A DNA stretch of 64,000 nucleotides from Octopus sinensis (lineage: Eukaryota). The position numbers and the translations under genes were made by a program. Location of the stretch: contig NC_043004.1 in NCBI RefSeq assembly GCF_006345805.1, positions 89,404,001-89,468,000 of the forward strand, in the 5' to 3' direction. This document shows, in pieces, positions 37,414 to 49,258 of the stretch (position 1 is its first letter; every line of letters starts with the position of its first letter). Under the pieces are notes generated by a model, which saw only the letters and a program-made list of their open reading frames with translations, was not told where the DNA came from and did no database searches.

Positions 37414-38964
37414 CTGATTGATCACACAAAAATGCATAACATGAAATAAAAGAAATACCAAATTCATGCCATGCTTCATGTTTTTCTCTCATACACTTAA
37501 AAGATCTTTGTCTTGCAAGATATTTGGTGACCTTGCTGGTGCTTCAGAAAATGCATTCAATTCTCTGTAGAGTGATTGGCGTTCGAGAGGGCATCCTGCC
37601 CTAAATACCATGCCAAAGCAGACAGTGGATTTCGGCACAGTCCTCTGGCTTACCAGTGTATACTGTAATATTTAATTTAATAGGCAGGGGTTCAGTTAGT
37701 GGTTAGGATTTACAGTTAAGGTTTAGGAATGGAATATTTTAATGTATTTTAATGGGCGTTAAAAAAATTTGAAGAATAACAGAGGAACATAAGGATCACA
37801 AACATATTTCTATCTTATACATGACAAGATAAAAGATAGATGCTCTTATCTTTGTAACGATAATACCAGTGGAGGTCTGAAACAGCTGTCCTTCGAAGTC
37901 CTATACCTTATAGTAAAAACTCCTGTATGAGAGAAATTTAATTAAAAAAAAGAGGGGATAGGGTCAAATTCGGTGAAGGTACAGGACATTATATTCGAGT
38001 GTAAATAAAAATAAGAGAGTATATTATAGATATTTTGGTACAGAATGTGGCGTCGAATGAGATCGCATTTTATCGAGTAGATACGTTCAATGGATCTCCG
38101 TCGGTTTCAACGATGAGTGTTTGGCGATCTTACGGTATGAGTACCGTTTACGTCAACTGGACCACATGCGATTGTTCTTGTAACGAAAGATCGCCAATAC
38201 ACTTTTTGTTATTATTTCGTTACTACAATCATTTACGTCAATGAAGCATTGATACGTTTTAAACTAATTCGACTATTAAAACCGTCGGTGTTCTTTGGTA
38301 AATCTTACCTTCAAAGTGAGACGGGTATAAAACTAAGAATTTACCAAAATACCATACAAATAAAATTTAGTAGTGGGCAGGATTTCCGCAGAAATTTTAT
38401 ATTTCTTTACTATGGTTACGTTTTGTTTTCATTATATAGAATCGTTTGAGCGTCGGACAAAATGCAGAGTTCTAATTTTGCCTAGGTCCAACTTCGTCTT
38501 CCATACCTCTGAGGTCGATAAAATAAAATATAACACAAGTACTGGGGTTGATTATATCGAATTAACCCCTTGCCTCAAGTGCTGGTCTTGTATCTAAATC
38601 ACAAACCATTATATTTAAAGCACAGCTGTCACTAGGAAACCAGGACGATTGGCTCGTGTATACCACGATTTCGCTAATTGTTTCAGATGGTAATTAGCCC
38701 GATTTAGTCACAAGCAAACACACACACACCAGTAATATATCTGTGTGCGAGTATGTTAAAGCATAATTTCATCATCCACATCCGATTCAATTATTTATTT
38801 GCGCAAAGAACAAAATGATTTTAAACAGTTTCGGAGAAAGTGATTAATGTCTTTGAAAACAAAATATTACAATATGTATATGTACATCAAGCTTTCAAAT
38901 ATCAAGTGTAAAATAAAACATATATATGTATGCATTCTAGTTGAATATAAACGTGGTTACTAAC

Positions 38965-39038
38965 TGCGCTTTTAATTCCGACAGAAAACTTTCGATCCGT
39001 TCATTAACATCCCTTTTATCAACATTTCCAGACGGCAT
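38965..39038 (-). CDS. EIF2B2: eIF2B subunit beta, coding exon 1 (ATG at 39038)
   Basis: MPSGNVDKRDVNERIESFLSELKA(Q) aligns with human [24 protein letters not shown]; donor CA|GTTAGT, phase 2. Confidence 0.9.
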
Positions 39039-39943
39039 GGTGAGAAATTGGTGTGACAGTGTGTCACAATTTCCTCCGACTTAAATGGTAACAGTTACTG
39101 CGCATGTGCGACAGTTTTCTCATTCACCGGTGTAAATAGACATGAGGAGAAAATAAACAAATTTCAGAAAACAACTATTTTTTAAAATCACATTCAGTTT
39201 TTATTTGAAGTAATAAGTTTCAAAAGGTTTATCTTAAAAGTCTCATCCAACAAACTCTAAGATATAGGAGCCTAAGGAAAGAGCACGACAGTTCCTTATA
39301 GAAACTTGTTGCTGTTTAGCCATAGGTCAGGTCCTATTCAAAAGTCCTATGACCAAGGTGATCCCTTTGTAACCAACCCGTCTTTTGTTGTTGGTTTTCT
39401 TTCTTTTTAGATACAATGAAACTAGGACATTTTCCAACGCCTGTCCTTTTTTCTAAGACGGTGTGGGGTGTGATCTGAGCGAGATTTATACTGCTATTTC
39501 TAGCAGATCCAGCGACTAGTTACAGCTCTCTCTCTCTTTCCTCATAGGCTTTAAAATGTGCTGCACCCGCAGAGCGACTTTACCCCTCTGTCTTTTCTGA
39601 ACTGCTAATGTAAGAGCCTCCTCAGAGAACCTCTTCCTGTAACAGTTATGAGGGGTTATATGGTGTGCTTCGATCAGAACTCCATCCCATTTGCTTTCAG
39701 ACAGTACACAATAAATGACAATACCCTTTACAAGCGAATGACATTTCTCTCAAGGGCAGGTAACAATGAAAACTGCAAGTGGACCAAGGGAATCGAAAAT
39801 GCAGCGGAAATATATTTAGAATATTTGTAATTCATAAAAAAATATTTCACAAAAGTCGTTGGGAAAGAAAAACAAATATGAATAAAATATTTTGGGCCTC
39901 ATTATGAGTAAATGCAGTTGCCTTTGATATACATTTTTATAAA
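39039..39943. promoter_or_regulatory. Shared divergent promoter region of EIF2B2 and SETD9
   Basis: Lies between two divergent start codons; locally CpG-retaining; NRF1-like ACTGCGCATGTGCG at 39097-39110. TSS positions not determined. Confidence 0.6.
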
Positions 39944-40029
39944 ATGGCCCTCATGAGTTCTTGGATAAAGAGATGGCGACAGTACAGGCACCGATTTACT
40001 CCATGGTTAGCTTTCAACTGGACTAATAG
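39944..40029 (+). CDS. SETD9: SET domain-containing protein 9, coding exon 1
   Basis: MALMSSWIKRWRQYRHRFTPWLAFNWTN(R) vs human LWQRWRRYKYRFVPWIALNLSHNPR; AG|GTAACT donor, phase 2. Confidence 0.88.
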
Positions 40030-40885
40030 GTAACTTTTTTTATTTGAAAACTTTTCTAATACTAGCAATAATAAATCTCTAAGCTACTACTTTTTTCCAA
40101 AATTCTCAGTCCTGTCTTCTATAGTTCCTCTTATAAACATAAAAGTCATAAGCGCTTCTTCGATTCCTGGACCCCATTAAAGTTAAAAAGTGTTTCCCAG
40201 GGAAACGAAACTTAAAAGAGAATATTAAAATTATGAAAGATGTTTTCTGTTAATGAATTTTTATTTGCGACTTTTAAAACATGTAAATCTGGAGAAATAA
40301 ATTTTCTTTAAAAAAGAAAAAATGAATATGTGCAAGCGTGGCTATGCAGTAAGAAGCTTGCTTCCCAACCACATGGTTTCAGGTTCAGTTCCACTGCATG
40401 GTACCTTGGGCAAGTTTCTTCGACTATAGCCGTGGGCTGACCAAAGTCGTCATGAATGAATTTGGTAGATGAAACCTGAAAGAAGCCTGTCGTATACCTA
40501 CATATATGTATGTGTGTGTACCCAACCACCGCTTCACAGCCGGTGTTGGTTTGTTTACGTCCCTATAACTCGGCGGTTCGGCGAAAAAGGCCGATAGAAT
40601 AAGTATCAGTTTTAAAAAAATAAACACTGTGGGTTGATCTACTCGACTAAACCCTTCAAGGTGGTGCCCCAGCATTGCCGCAGTATAATAACTGAAATGA
40701 CGAAAAATTAGAGCTGTATGTGCGCATGCTCCGAACATACCCTTTTATTATTATTTTTTTTTTGTCTTTTTCAATATTATAACTAATTATCAACTTTTTC
40801 TAAACCGTTCTTAACCAAAGAATCTGAATATCTCCTTCGAGAACATATTACGAAGATTCATTAAGGATTAAATCAACAGTGAGAA

Positions 40886-41832
40886 AGTTATTGACTAAAC
40901 GAATATGAAAAAAAAAAATGCGCGTTCGCGAACGGGGTGGGTGGGAGAGAGGACTCGGAAAGTTCACATCGTGAATGTTCCGAGTCGTCACAACACAGCC
41001 AAAAACAAAAACAAAAATAGTGTAATAAATGTAAAACAACTTGTTCTAAACGAATATGGAAAAAGAAACCGCGCTCGCGAACGGAGGGTCAGGGAGAAGA
41101 CTCGGAAAATTCACATCGTCTGACCTTTGAACCCTATTGTGACAAAATGAACGATCGATTGCACCTACATGCATCTGTGGTATTGAACAAGGTATAGTTA
41201 TGCACTTGCTCTGGCGGTCTGGTGCGTGCAGCATAGATGACAGCGATGACTTCAGCCACGTGACGGTTCTGTTTACATGTTAACCTACGATTTAGATAAT
41301 AACGTGGAATATTTATGAATGACTTTTGAATTACGCTATCATGACACCACGTGGTCCCCTGCTGACTTTTGTGTGTGTTTTTACATATGTTCGACGGCTG
41401 AGGATAAACAAAGTCAATAAAATTGTTGAATATGTACATAAGTAACACTTTCTGGATAAACTAAAGCGTTAAACCTGGTCAAAAAAAACAAAAAAAAATT
41501 TGTGTGATACGTGTAAAACTTACATTCCCGATGTAAATTTTCCGAGGCCTCTCCCCCACACCCCTTTCGCGAGTGCGCATTTTTTTTGTCATATTCGTTT
41601 AGAGCAAGTTGTTTTACACATATCACACTATTTTTTTTTTGTTTTGGTGCCCGGGTCAGCCCTTCAGACGCTTTCGGAAATTCCCAATGTGAATTTTCCG
41701 AGGCCTCTCCCCTACTCCCCTTTCGCGTGCGCGCATTTTTTTTTTCACATTCGTTTAGAGGAAGTTGTTTTACACCTATTACACAAATTTTTTTTGTTTT
41801 TTTTTTACCGGGTTTAACGCTTTAGTTTAACC
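40886..41832. repeat. CpG-rich array of about 150-156-bp units in both orientations
   Basis: CTAAACGAATATG unit starts at 40895 and 41046; reverse copies end at 41602 and 41758; about 65-bp inverted termini at about 41455-41520 and 41762-41832. Confidence 0.8.
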
Positions 41833-42168
41833 CACTTTCCTGGCGGAGGTAAAGAACATTGACCGCGCCCGCCTTTAGGTTTTTTTTTTCTCAACAGAAA
41901 GCCACCTTTTCGACTATGGAGGTTCTGAATCTGCAAAAAAATCGGCATTTCAAAATTTTAATTCAACCCCCACCCCCAGTTTTTCACTTTTTTAGACATT
42001 TTTTTGGCAAGACTTCATTTTGTACTCCCCCCACACACACACACCTTTTTAAAATATTTTTTTTCTACACAAAACCCCGTTTTCGGGATACGAATCTGCA
42101 AAAAAATTGGCAAAATTCGGCATTTTGAAATTTACCCCCTCCGTTTTAAACTTTTTTTCGAAATTTTG

Positions 42169-43310
42169 TATCTTTTCGGTTTGAACGGCAGTTTTTTAAA
42201 ATAATTTCCACGTAACTAAACAAAGAAATTATTTTTAAAATCTGTCGGTCAAAGCGAAAAGATCCTTCTCTTGGCCTTATTGAGAAAATTCTATAGTTTG
42301 TAAGATATTTGTTGGGTTTTTTTTTCAATTTCTGCAATTTCAACCAATCATTGACATCTATTGAGGTAAAAGACATTCTGTGCCGTATGAATATGTCCCT
42401 CATTTAAGAAACAGATTGGGTTTATTTACATTAGTGAAAAAAAAAAGATACCCTTCCCCTACTCCTAACCCTAACCCTAAAACAGATTGAAATGCAATAG
42501 ATCGATACTAGGGTCATAATTATGGGTGACAATTTCATATGACACCACTAGAAAAAACTGCCGTTCAAACCAAAAAGATCCCAAGAGAAAAAGATGTTTT
42601 ATGAACACATTCTACCAGTATACTAAGTTTAAAAGTGTTTAGTTACGTGGAAATTATTTTAAAAAACTGCCGTTCAAACCGAAAAGATCCATTTTTACTT
42701 AATTTTATAGTTTATATTCAAAAGTAAAGAAAAAAAAAGGGAAAATAAGAAAATGAACTGTAGACCAAACATATCACATGTTGATTTTAGATTATGGAAA
42801 TTTGCACACACACACATTAACATCTGCTTGCCACACTTGCATGGGTTGGATGGTTTGACACAGAGCTGTTCAGACTCCAATTGTCTGTTATGGCATGGTT
42901 TCTATGACTGGATGCCCTTCTTAATGCCAACCACTTAACAGAGTGCATTACTTTAGAACAGTATATACCCCACCGATGGGGCATGGGAAAATTGGAGTGG
43001 GGCATGTGTTAGCGTGGGTTGTGAAAATTTTTGCAAGTGACTTGAGCGCACACTTGTTGATCTTAAGCCAATTTTAATTTTTGGATCTTTTCGCTTTTGA
43101 ATTCACCTCAATAGGCGTCATTGATTGGTTGAAATTGCTGAAATGCAAGAAAATAAACAAGAAATAGCTTACAAACTACAGAATTTTCTCAAGAAAGCCA
43201 AGAGAAAATGATGTTTTATAAACACATTCTACCCGTATACGAAGTTTAAAAGTGTTTAGTTACAAAGAAATTATTTTAAAAATCTGTCGGTCAAAGCGAA
43301 AAGAACCGTA
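42169..43310. mobile_element. Cluster of rearranged MITE pieces with TIR GGATCTTTTCGGTTTGAACGGCAGTTTT and internal (TAACCC)n
   Basis: TIR at about 42169, inverted at 42552-42581 and 42661-42690; related inverted part at 43081-43310. Confidence 0.65.
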
Positions 43311-43967
43311 AAAATATATACAAAAACTTGTAGTTTCACTGCTACGCCAGCCATTGAAAAACCTCTCACTACAGCTCAATGTTATTCTTTAATTTTCCCT
43401 CACCTCCATTAAATATTTTGGACTGCCACTCATTCCCTTTCCCCTGTCATGTCTGTCTTTCTCAACCAGTTTGGCTGCAAACAAAAATACATTAGTTATG
43501 ATGCATAATAATTTCTTACTTGGGCACAAATTTATAGACTACTGTCTATAAATGAGATTTTATAGCATTAGTGATGTTTTTATTATCATACATGGAGTTG
43601 GCTTCGTCTAGATGCAAAAACAGGTTAAGTTGCCAACAACAATAAAATCTATATAATTTGTATTTTTTCTCAAGAATAATGTTGTTTCATACACATTGTT
43701 AATACAAGCTTATAAATGCTTAACTAACTAGACTTTATATAACTGTGTCTATTATACCTGTGTGTTTGTGTCCAGAGAGAGAGAGAGAGAGAAACTAATT
43801 AGGCATAGTATAAATGTGTCTATTATACATCTGTGTATGTAGAGAAAGAGAGAGATTCACTAGGCATTATGTAAATATGTACAGGTATCTTCAAAAATTT
43901 TGTCTGATACATGCAAGTTTGGTAAAATGGATATTAAAATCAGAGGATGTGTTTGTTATACACAAAA

Positions 43968-43998
<31 letters not shown>

Positions 43999-45713
43999 CT
44001 TCAAAAATTTTGTTTAGTTTCCAGTTAACCTTTATCAGGCCATCCTTGTTTTTACATTAATGATACATTGTTCAATGTTTCCTTCTGTTTCCCATTCCAA
44101 AACAGCAGATTATGATTTGAGAGCAATTTGGCTGCTATTTCTGGCACCTTGAACAACCAAATAGAGGTCTCTTTGATTGGTTATATGAGAAAAATTACTG
44201 AGTTGTTTGGCTTCGAACCCCTTGATTTGGCAGATATATAATTACAGACGTTCTAGCTATGACTATTGTCCTTTTGCTTTTTCTAGGTGTAGTGTTCCCC
44301 AGATTATATCTAATGTTTTTTTTTGTTTTGTTTTCAGACTGTAGGGTGTGATTAGAGGGAGATTTAGCTATTTTTCTAGCAGATCAAGCAACCACATAAC
44401 AGTTCCTTGTTCTCTAAAAATTTTGCGAGTTAAGTTTACATTCTGAAAGACTAAGTATTAAGAACAGGTCTTAGCAGATTAGATTCCTCAGAGATTTGGC
44501 CAATAGGATATTTATGGTCACAAAGCATGGACTCTGACAAATTTGAAGAGAACATAATGTGTTTGAAATGTGGGTGAATAGGAGAATGTTACGGGTCTCT
44601 TACAAAGACCATTGGATGGCTGCTTAACTTCAATGCTACCTCAGTTATATTTACCAAAGTTTTACTGAATCTTAATTTATTTTAAACACAGGCACAGTTT
44701 ATAGAGCACTTGCACTAGCTTTGTTTTTAACTTATTTGGGACACTTTTGCTGCTCTAGATGTTATTAAACTTTCCCGTGAACATTCTTGTCAAGGCTAGC
44801 CATGTCCTAATCCCTTTCTTAAATAACTGATTTTTTTAGTCCCGCATAGCCCCTGCCCATTCAAAGTACCTTGGATACCAGAACATCCCGCTGTGCTTGA
44901 GGAGACCTATTGAGTCAAGTACATGAACATCGAAATAAATATCAATGGAAATAGTAGTTGTGATACCTGTGCCAGTGGCACATAAAAAGCACCATCCGAA
45001 CGTAGCCGATGCCGGCGCCGCCTTGACTGGTTTCTGTGCCGGTGACACGTTAAAAGCACCAACCGATCGTGGCCAATGCCAGACTCCCCTGGCACGTAAA
45101 AAGCACCCACTACACTCGCGGAGTGGTTGGTGTTAGGAAGGGCATCCAGCTGTAGAAACACTGCCAGATCAGACTGGAGCCTGGTGCAGCCCCTGGCTTC
45201 CCAGACTCCGGTCGAACCGTCCAACCCATGCTAGCGCAGAAAACAGACGTTAAACGATGATGATGATGCTTATTTCTGAGAATGAAACTTTTTGCCTAAA
45301 AAATATAAAGGCTATTAAACTCTTTTCTTTTTGCATTGTAAGAAGCTCTTTATCATCATCATCATCATCCTCTTCATCATCATCATCATCATCACTTAAT
45401 GCCTGTTTTCTATGCTGTCACAGGTTGGCTGGCTTGACAGGAACTGGCAAGGTCAAGGGACACACCAGGTTCCATAGTCTGCTTTGGTTTGGCTTCTAGA
45501 TAGATCCCCTTCCTTATGCCAACCACTTCACAGAGGATATTGTGTACTTTTTATGTAGCACTTTGGTTTTAGGATATCAATTCTTTTGTGGTGGATAGCT
45601 CCTCTTTAGTAAGGGCAGTTCATCTTCACTATTTTATTATTTTCATTGTGGATTAAATCACTCACTCATAGACACAATTTGTTAATTAGCTTTTAATTTT
45701 TTTTTTTTTTCAG

Positions 45714-46048
45714 AACTAAGCGACATGTAGAAAGTCCTCAATCAGATAAACTCATTCCAGATTCCTTTATACGTGAAGATCTGTTGCGTTTTTGCGAATC
45801 TTTATACAGATATGAAACAGCTAAAGAGACATTTAGAAATTGTGAAGATTTTTGTAAAACCACAAACTTTCTAAGCAGAAATCCATTCTCAACAAATGCA
45901 GATATTCATTTGGATAGCTTAGCACTCAGCCATGAAATTCTAGGCTTTACCCTTGAGAGAAAATCCAGTAGTTTATCTGAAGCTGGTGGTGGCATATTTG
46001 TCACAAAAGGTTCAATACCAGCCAACACGTTTGTTTGTCTTTATCCTG
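45714..46048 (+). CDS. SETD9: SETD9 exon 2
   Basis: poly-T CAG acceptor; TKRHVESPQSDKLIPD...ILGFTLERKSSSLSEAGGGIFVTKGSIPANTFVCLYP(G) vs TLGFSVAQATSSLISAGKGVFVTKGLVPKGAVVSMYPG; GTAAGT donor; phase 2-1. Confidence 0.92.
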
Positions 46049-47246
46049 GTAAGTTTAATTAAAACATTTTAGAAAAATCATCATCATCATCATCATCATC
46101 ACCACCACCACCACCATCATCATCATCGTCGTCTTAATGTCCTCTTATTTCTTTATTGCCCACAAGGGGCTAAACACAGAGAGGACAAACAAGGACAGAC
46201 AAACGGATTAAGTCGATTATATCGACCCCAGTTCGTAACTGGTACTTAATTTATTGACCTCAAAAGGATGAACGGCAAAGTTGACCTCGGCGGAATTTGA
46301 ACTCAGAACGTAATGGCAGACGAAATACCCATTTCTTTACTACCCATAAGGGGCTAAACACAGAGAGGACAAACAAGGACAGACAAAGGGATTAGATCGA
46401 TTACATCGACCCCAGTGCGTAACTGGTACTTAATTTATTGACCTCGAAAGGATGAAAGGCAAAGTCGACCTTGGCGGAATTTGAACTCAGAACGTAGCGG
46501 CAGATGAAATACCGCTAAGCATTTCTGCCAACTCCCCACCTTCTTTTCTATGCTTGCATGGATCAAAGAGAATTTGTTGTGACAGATTTTCTACAGCTAG
46601 AAGTTCCTGCTGTCACCAGCCCTCACCTGTTTCCAAATAAGGTAACATTTTCTCATAGCTAAACCTCCTTTTCATGGATGACTGGAAATGCACAACCAAG
46701 CTTACATAATGGTGATGCTCATTTATCCTAGAGACATCCCCCACCACCACCAAAGAAAAAAAACATGATAGTCACAGCTGGAATGATTTTGTTCATAGAC
46801 CTGCTCAATCAGTATTCACCTGGAACTAATCAGCAATCCTAAATAATTTGCAGCTAGATCTAAATTAGCTCACCACAACAATGCTGCTAGCCCAAGCATG
46901 GATGAATACTTCTAGAGGTTTCCAGGATTCACTCTTTATGTATTATTGTTATTACTGAATGTTTAAAAGAGCTACCTATGTATCATACCTAATGTATATA
47001 CACAGCTGATAGGCCAGTTACTGTGGTAGCTGTCCTGAAATAGCATCTCTTATGGACATACTGTGTTAAAACCAATAAATATCAGGGGGAGATGTGTGTT
47101 TTAGGCACAGTATTCTTTTATTTGTTTTAGTTATTTGACTGCGACCATGCTGGAACTCCACCTTGAAGAGTTTTTTGTTAAACAATTTGACCCCAGTTGT
47201 CAAGCAATGATGGTGGAACAAACACAGACAAAGAGACATAAACACA

Positions 47247-47282
<36 letters not shown>

Positions 47283-47593
47283 ACTTCTTTCAGTTTCCAT
47301 CTATCAAATCAACTCACAAGACTTTGGTTATCCCAAGTCTATAGTAGAAGACAAGATGCCACGCAATGGGACTGAACCCAGAACCATGTGGTTGGGAAGC
47401 AAGCTTCTTACCACACAACCACGCCTGCACCTATTTTCCATAAGAGATGTTATCTCAGGATAAATACCACAGTAACTGACCTATCAACAGTGTACAAATA
47501 TCAAGCAGCAAACATAGATGGCTGTTTAACTTCGATACTACCTCAGTTATGTTTACCAAATTTTTACTGAATCTTAATTTATTTTAAACACAG

Positions 47594-47717
47594 GCACAGT
47601 TTACAGAGTTCATGATCCACTCTTCTTTCAAAGTCTTAAAAACCAATTCATTTTCCGCTGCGCTGACCAAATACACATCGATGGTAATGACCGAGGATTA
47701 TCAAAAATAATATTCAA
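47594..47717 (+). CDS. SETD9: SETD9 exon 3
   Basis: GTVYRVHDPLFFQSLKNQFIFRCADQIHIDGNDRGLSKIIF(K) vs GTVYQKYEPIFFQSIGNPFIFRCLDGVLIDGNDKGISK; phase 1-2. Confidence 0.94.
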
Positions 47718-48380
47718 GTAAGTGTTGTCTACAGCCCTTACTTGCTTACTGGACATTTCATTTCTTATCAGGATTGTTATGTTATAAAAACAGTTAAGCT
47801 GTACATGTGTATCATTATTTTTCTTATAATTTTATATCATTGTATGCTTTAACCCTTTCATTACCAACCTTTCTGAAACCACCCTTAATCCTACAATAAA
47901 AACTTCCTATTTGAACACTTTAGCTTTCTGACTACCCTGTCAAATGTTGACAAGTCCCTTAACGCCTTAGGAGCCATTGGGGCACTGCAGTCATTCAGTG
48001 TATCTAGAGCGAGGAAGCCTGGCAGAGCCCATCCCTCTCCAGGCTAAACTCATTTCTATAGCTGAGTGGACTGGAGCATTGTGAAGTGTTTTGCTCAAGA
48101 ACACAATGCATTGCCTGGTCCAGGAATCGAAACCACAATCCTACAGTCATGAACCCAACACACTACCCACTAAATGGTGCACCTCCACTAGTGGTACTCA
48201 TTTCTGTGGACTGGAGCAATGTGAAGTGTTTTACTCAAGAACACAATGCATCACCTGGTCCAGGAATTGAAACCGCAATCTTATGATTGTGAGTCCAGTA
48301 CCCTAACTACTAAGCCATGTGCCTTCAAAAGTAATGCTTATTAATTCACATTGTTTTGAATTAATTATGCATTATCTTGT

Positions 48381-48715
48381 GAAGGTGCATGGTTCAGTGG
48401 TTAGAGCGTCGAGCTTACGATCGTGAGGTTGTGAGTTTGAATCCTGGACCGGGCTGCATGTTGTGTTCTTGAGCAAAACACTTTATTTCAAATTGCTCCA
48501 GCTCACTCAATTGTGGAAATGAATTGAAACATCACAGGTGCCAAGCTGTATTGGCCTTTGCGTTTCCCTTGGATAACACTAGTGGCATAGAGAGGGGAGG
48601 TTGGTATGCATAGGCGACTGCTGGTCTTCCATAAACAACCTTGCCCAGACTTGTGCCTGGGAGGGTAACTTTCTAGGTGCAATCCCACGGTCAGTCATGA
48701 CCAAAGGGGGTCTCA
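48381..48715 (+). mobile_element. SINE family D (tRNA-like head); others about 9205-9525 (-), 62885-63220 (-), 63685-64000 (+)
   Basis: TGGTTCAGTGGTTAGAGCGTCGAGCTTACGATCGTGAGGTTGTGAGTTTGAATCC head followed by a non-tRNA body of about 270 bp. Confidence 0.85.
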
Positions 48716-49142
48716 GCATGCATTATCTTATAGTTTTGAGATTTCAATGGTGTGATTTCTTATTTTTAGAATGATATTGTGTACGGTTAGTGTGAGAGGC
48801 CAGATGTTTACAGTCTCCCACAAAAATATGTCTGGCCATTGAGCTGGTCGTTGTTTAAAGGACTGAGGGAAATATTACCTTAGTCAGGAAACAGATAAGA
48901 GTTGGTGACAGGAATAGCATCCAGCAGTAAAAAATCTGCTTCAACAAATGTCTGACTCATATCAGCTTGGAAAACAAAATGAATGTTAAAACAACTACAA
49001 TTTGAATTTAGAGTTGAAGAACAAATTAGCCTATAGGAGCATGGGAAAACAAGATCATTAACTGATGTGTATAGAGATGGAGATTGTCTCATTAGTTAAT
49101 AATTAAAATTGCTTATAAACTAATTTCATTGGTTTGTTGTAG

Positions 49143-49258
49143 GTCTTGCACTCACCGTGATCGTCGGTTTCCTTACTGGACAGCAGATGCAACCTGGATG
49201 TCAACATGGCCAGTAAATCCACTAGCCGTTGGTCAGTATGTGAATAACCAAACTCCAG
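49143..49258 (+). CDS. SETD9: SETD9 exon 4
   Basis: SCTHRDRRFPYWTADATWMSTWPVNPLAVGQYVNNQTP, conserved NPLAVGQYVNN; phase 2-1. Confidence 0.95.

Noticed and set aside
38309-38332. 24-nt microexon-like segment in EIF2B2 intron 1 (TTCTTAG...AAG|GTAAGA)
   Set aside because: Contains an in-frame TGA in the required phase and has only short-motif support
39050-39068. IRE-like CAGTGT loop
   Set aside because: Stem is out of register with a CAGUGN hexaloop, no C bulge, and it is antisense to EIF2B2
41134-41448. 104-aa minus-strand ORF in the spacer of the fold-back array as a transposase remnant
   Set aside because: No DDE, zinc-finger or helicase motif recognisable
42465-42480. Interstitial telomere / chromosome fusion scar
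   Set aside because: Fewer than three TAACCC units, internal to a MITE
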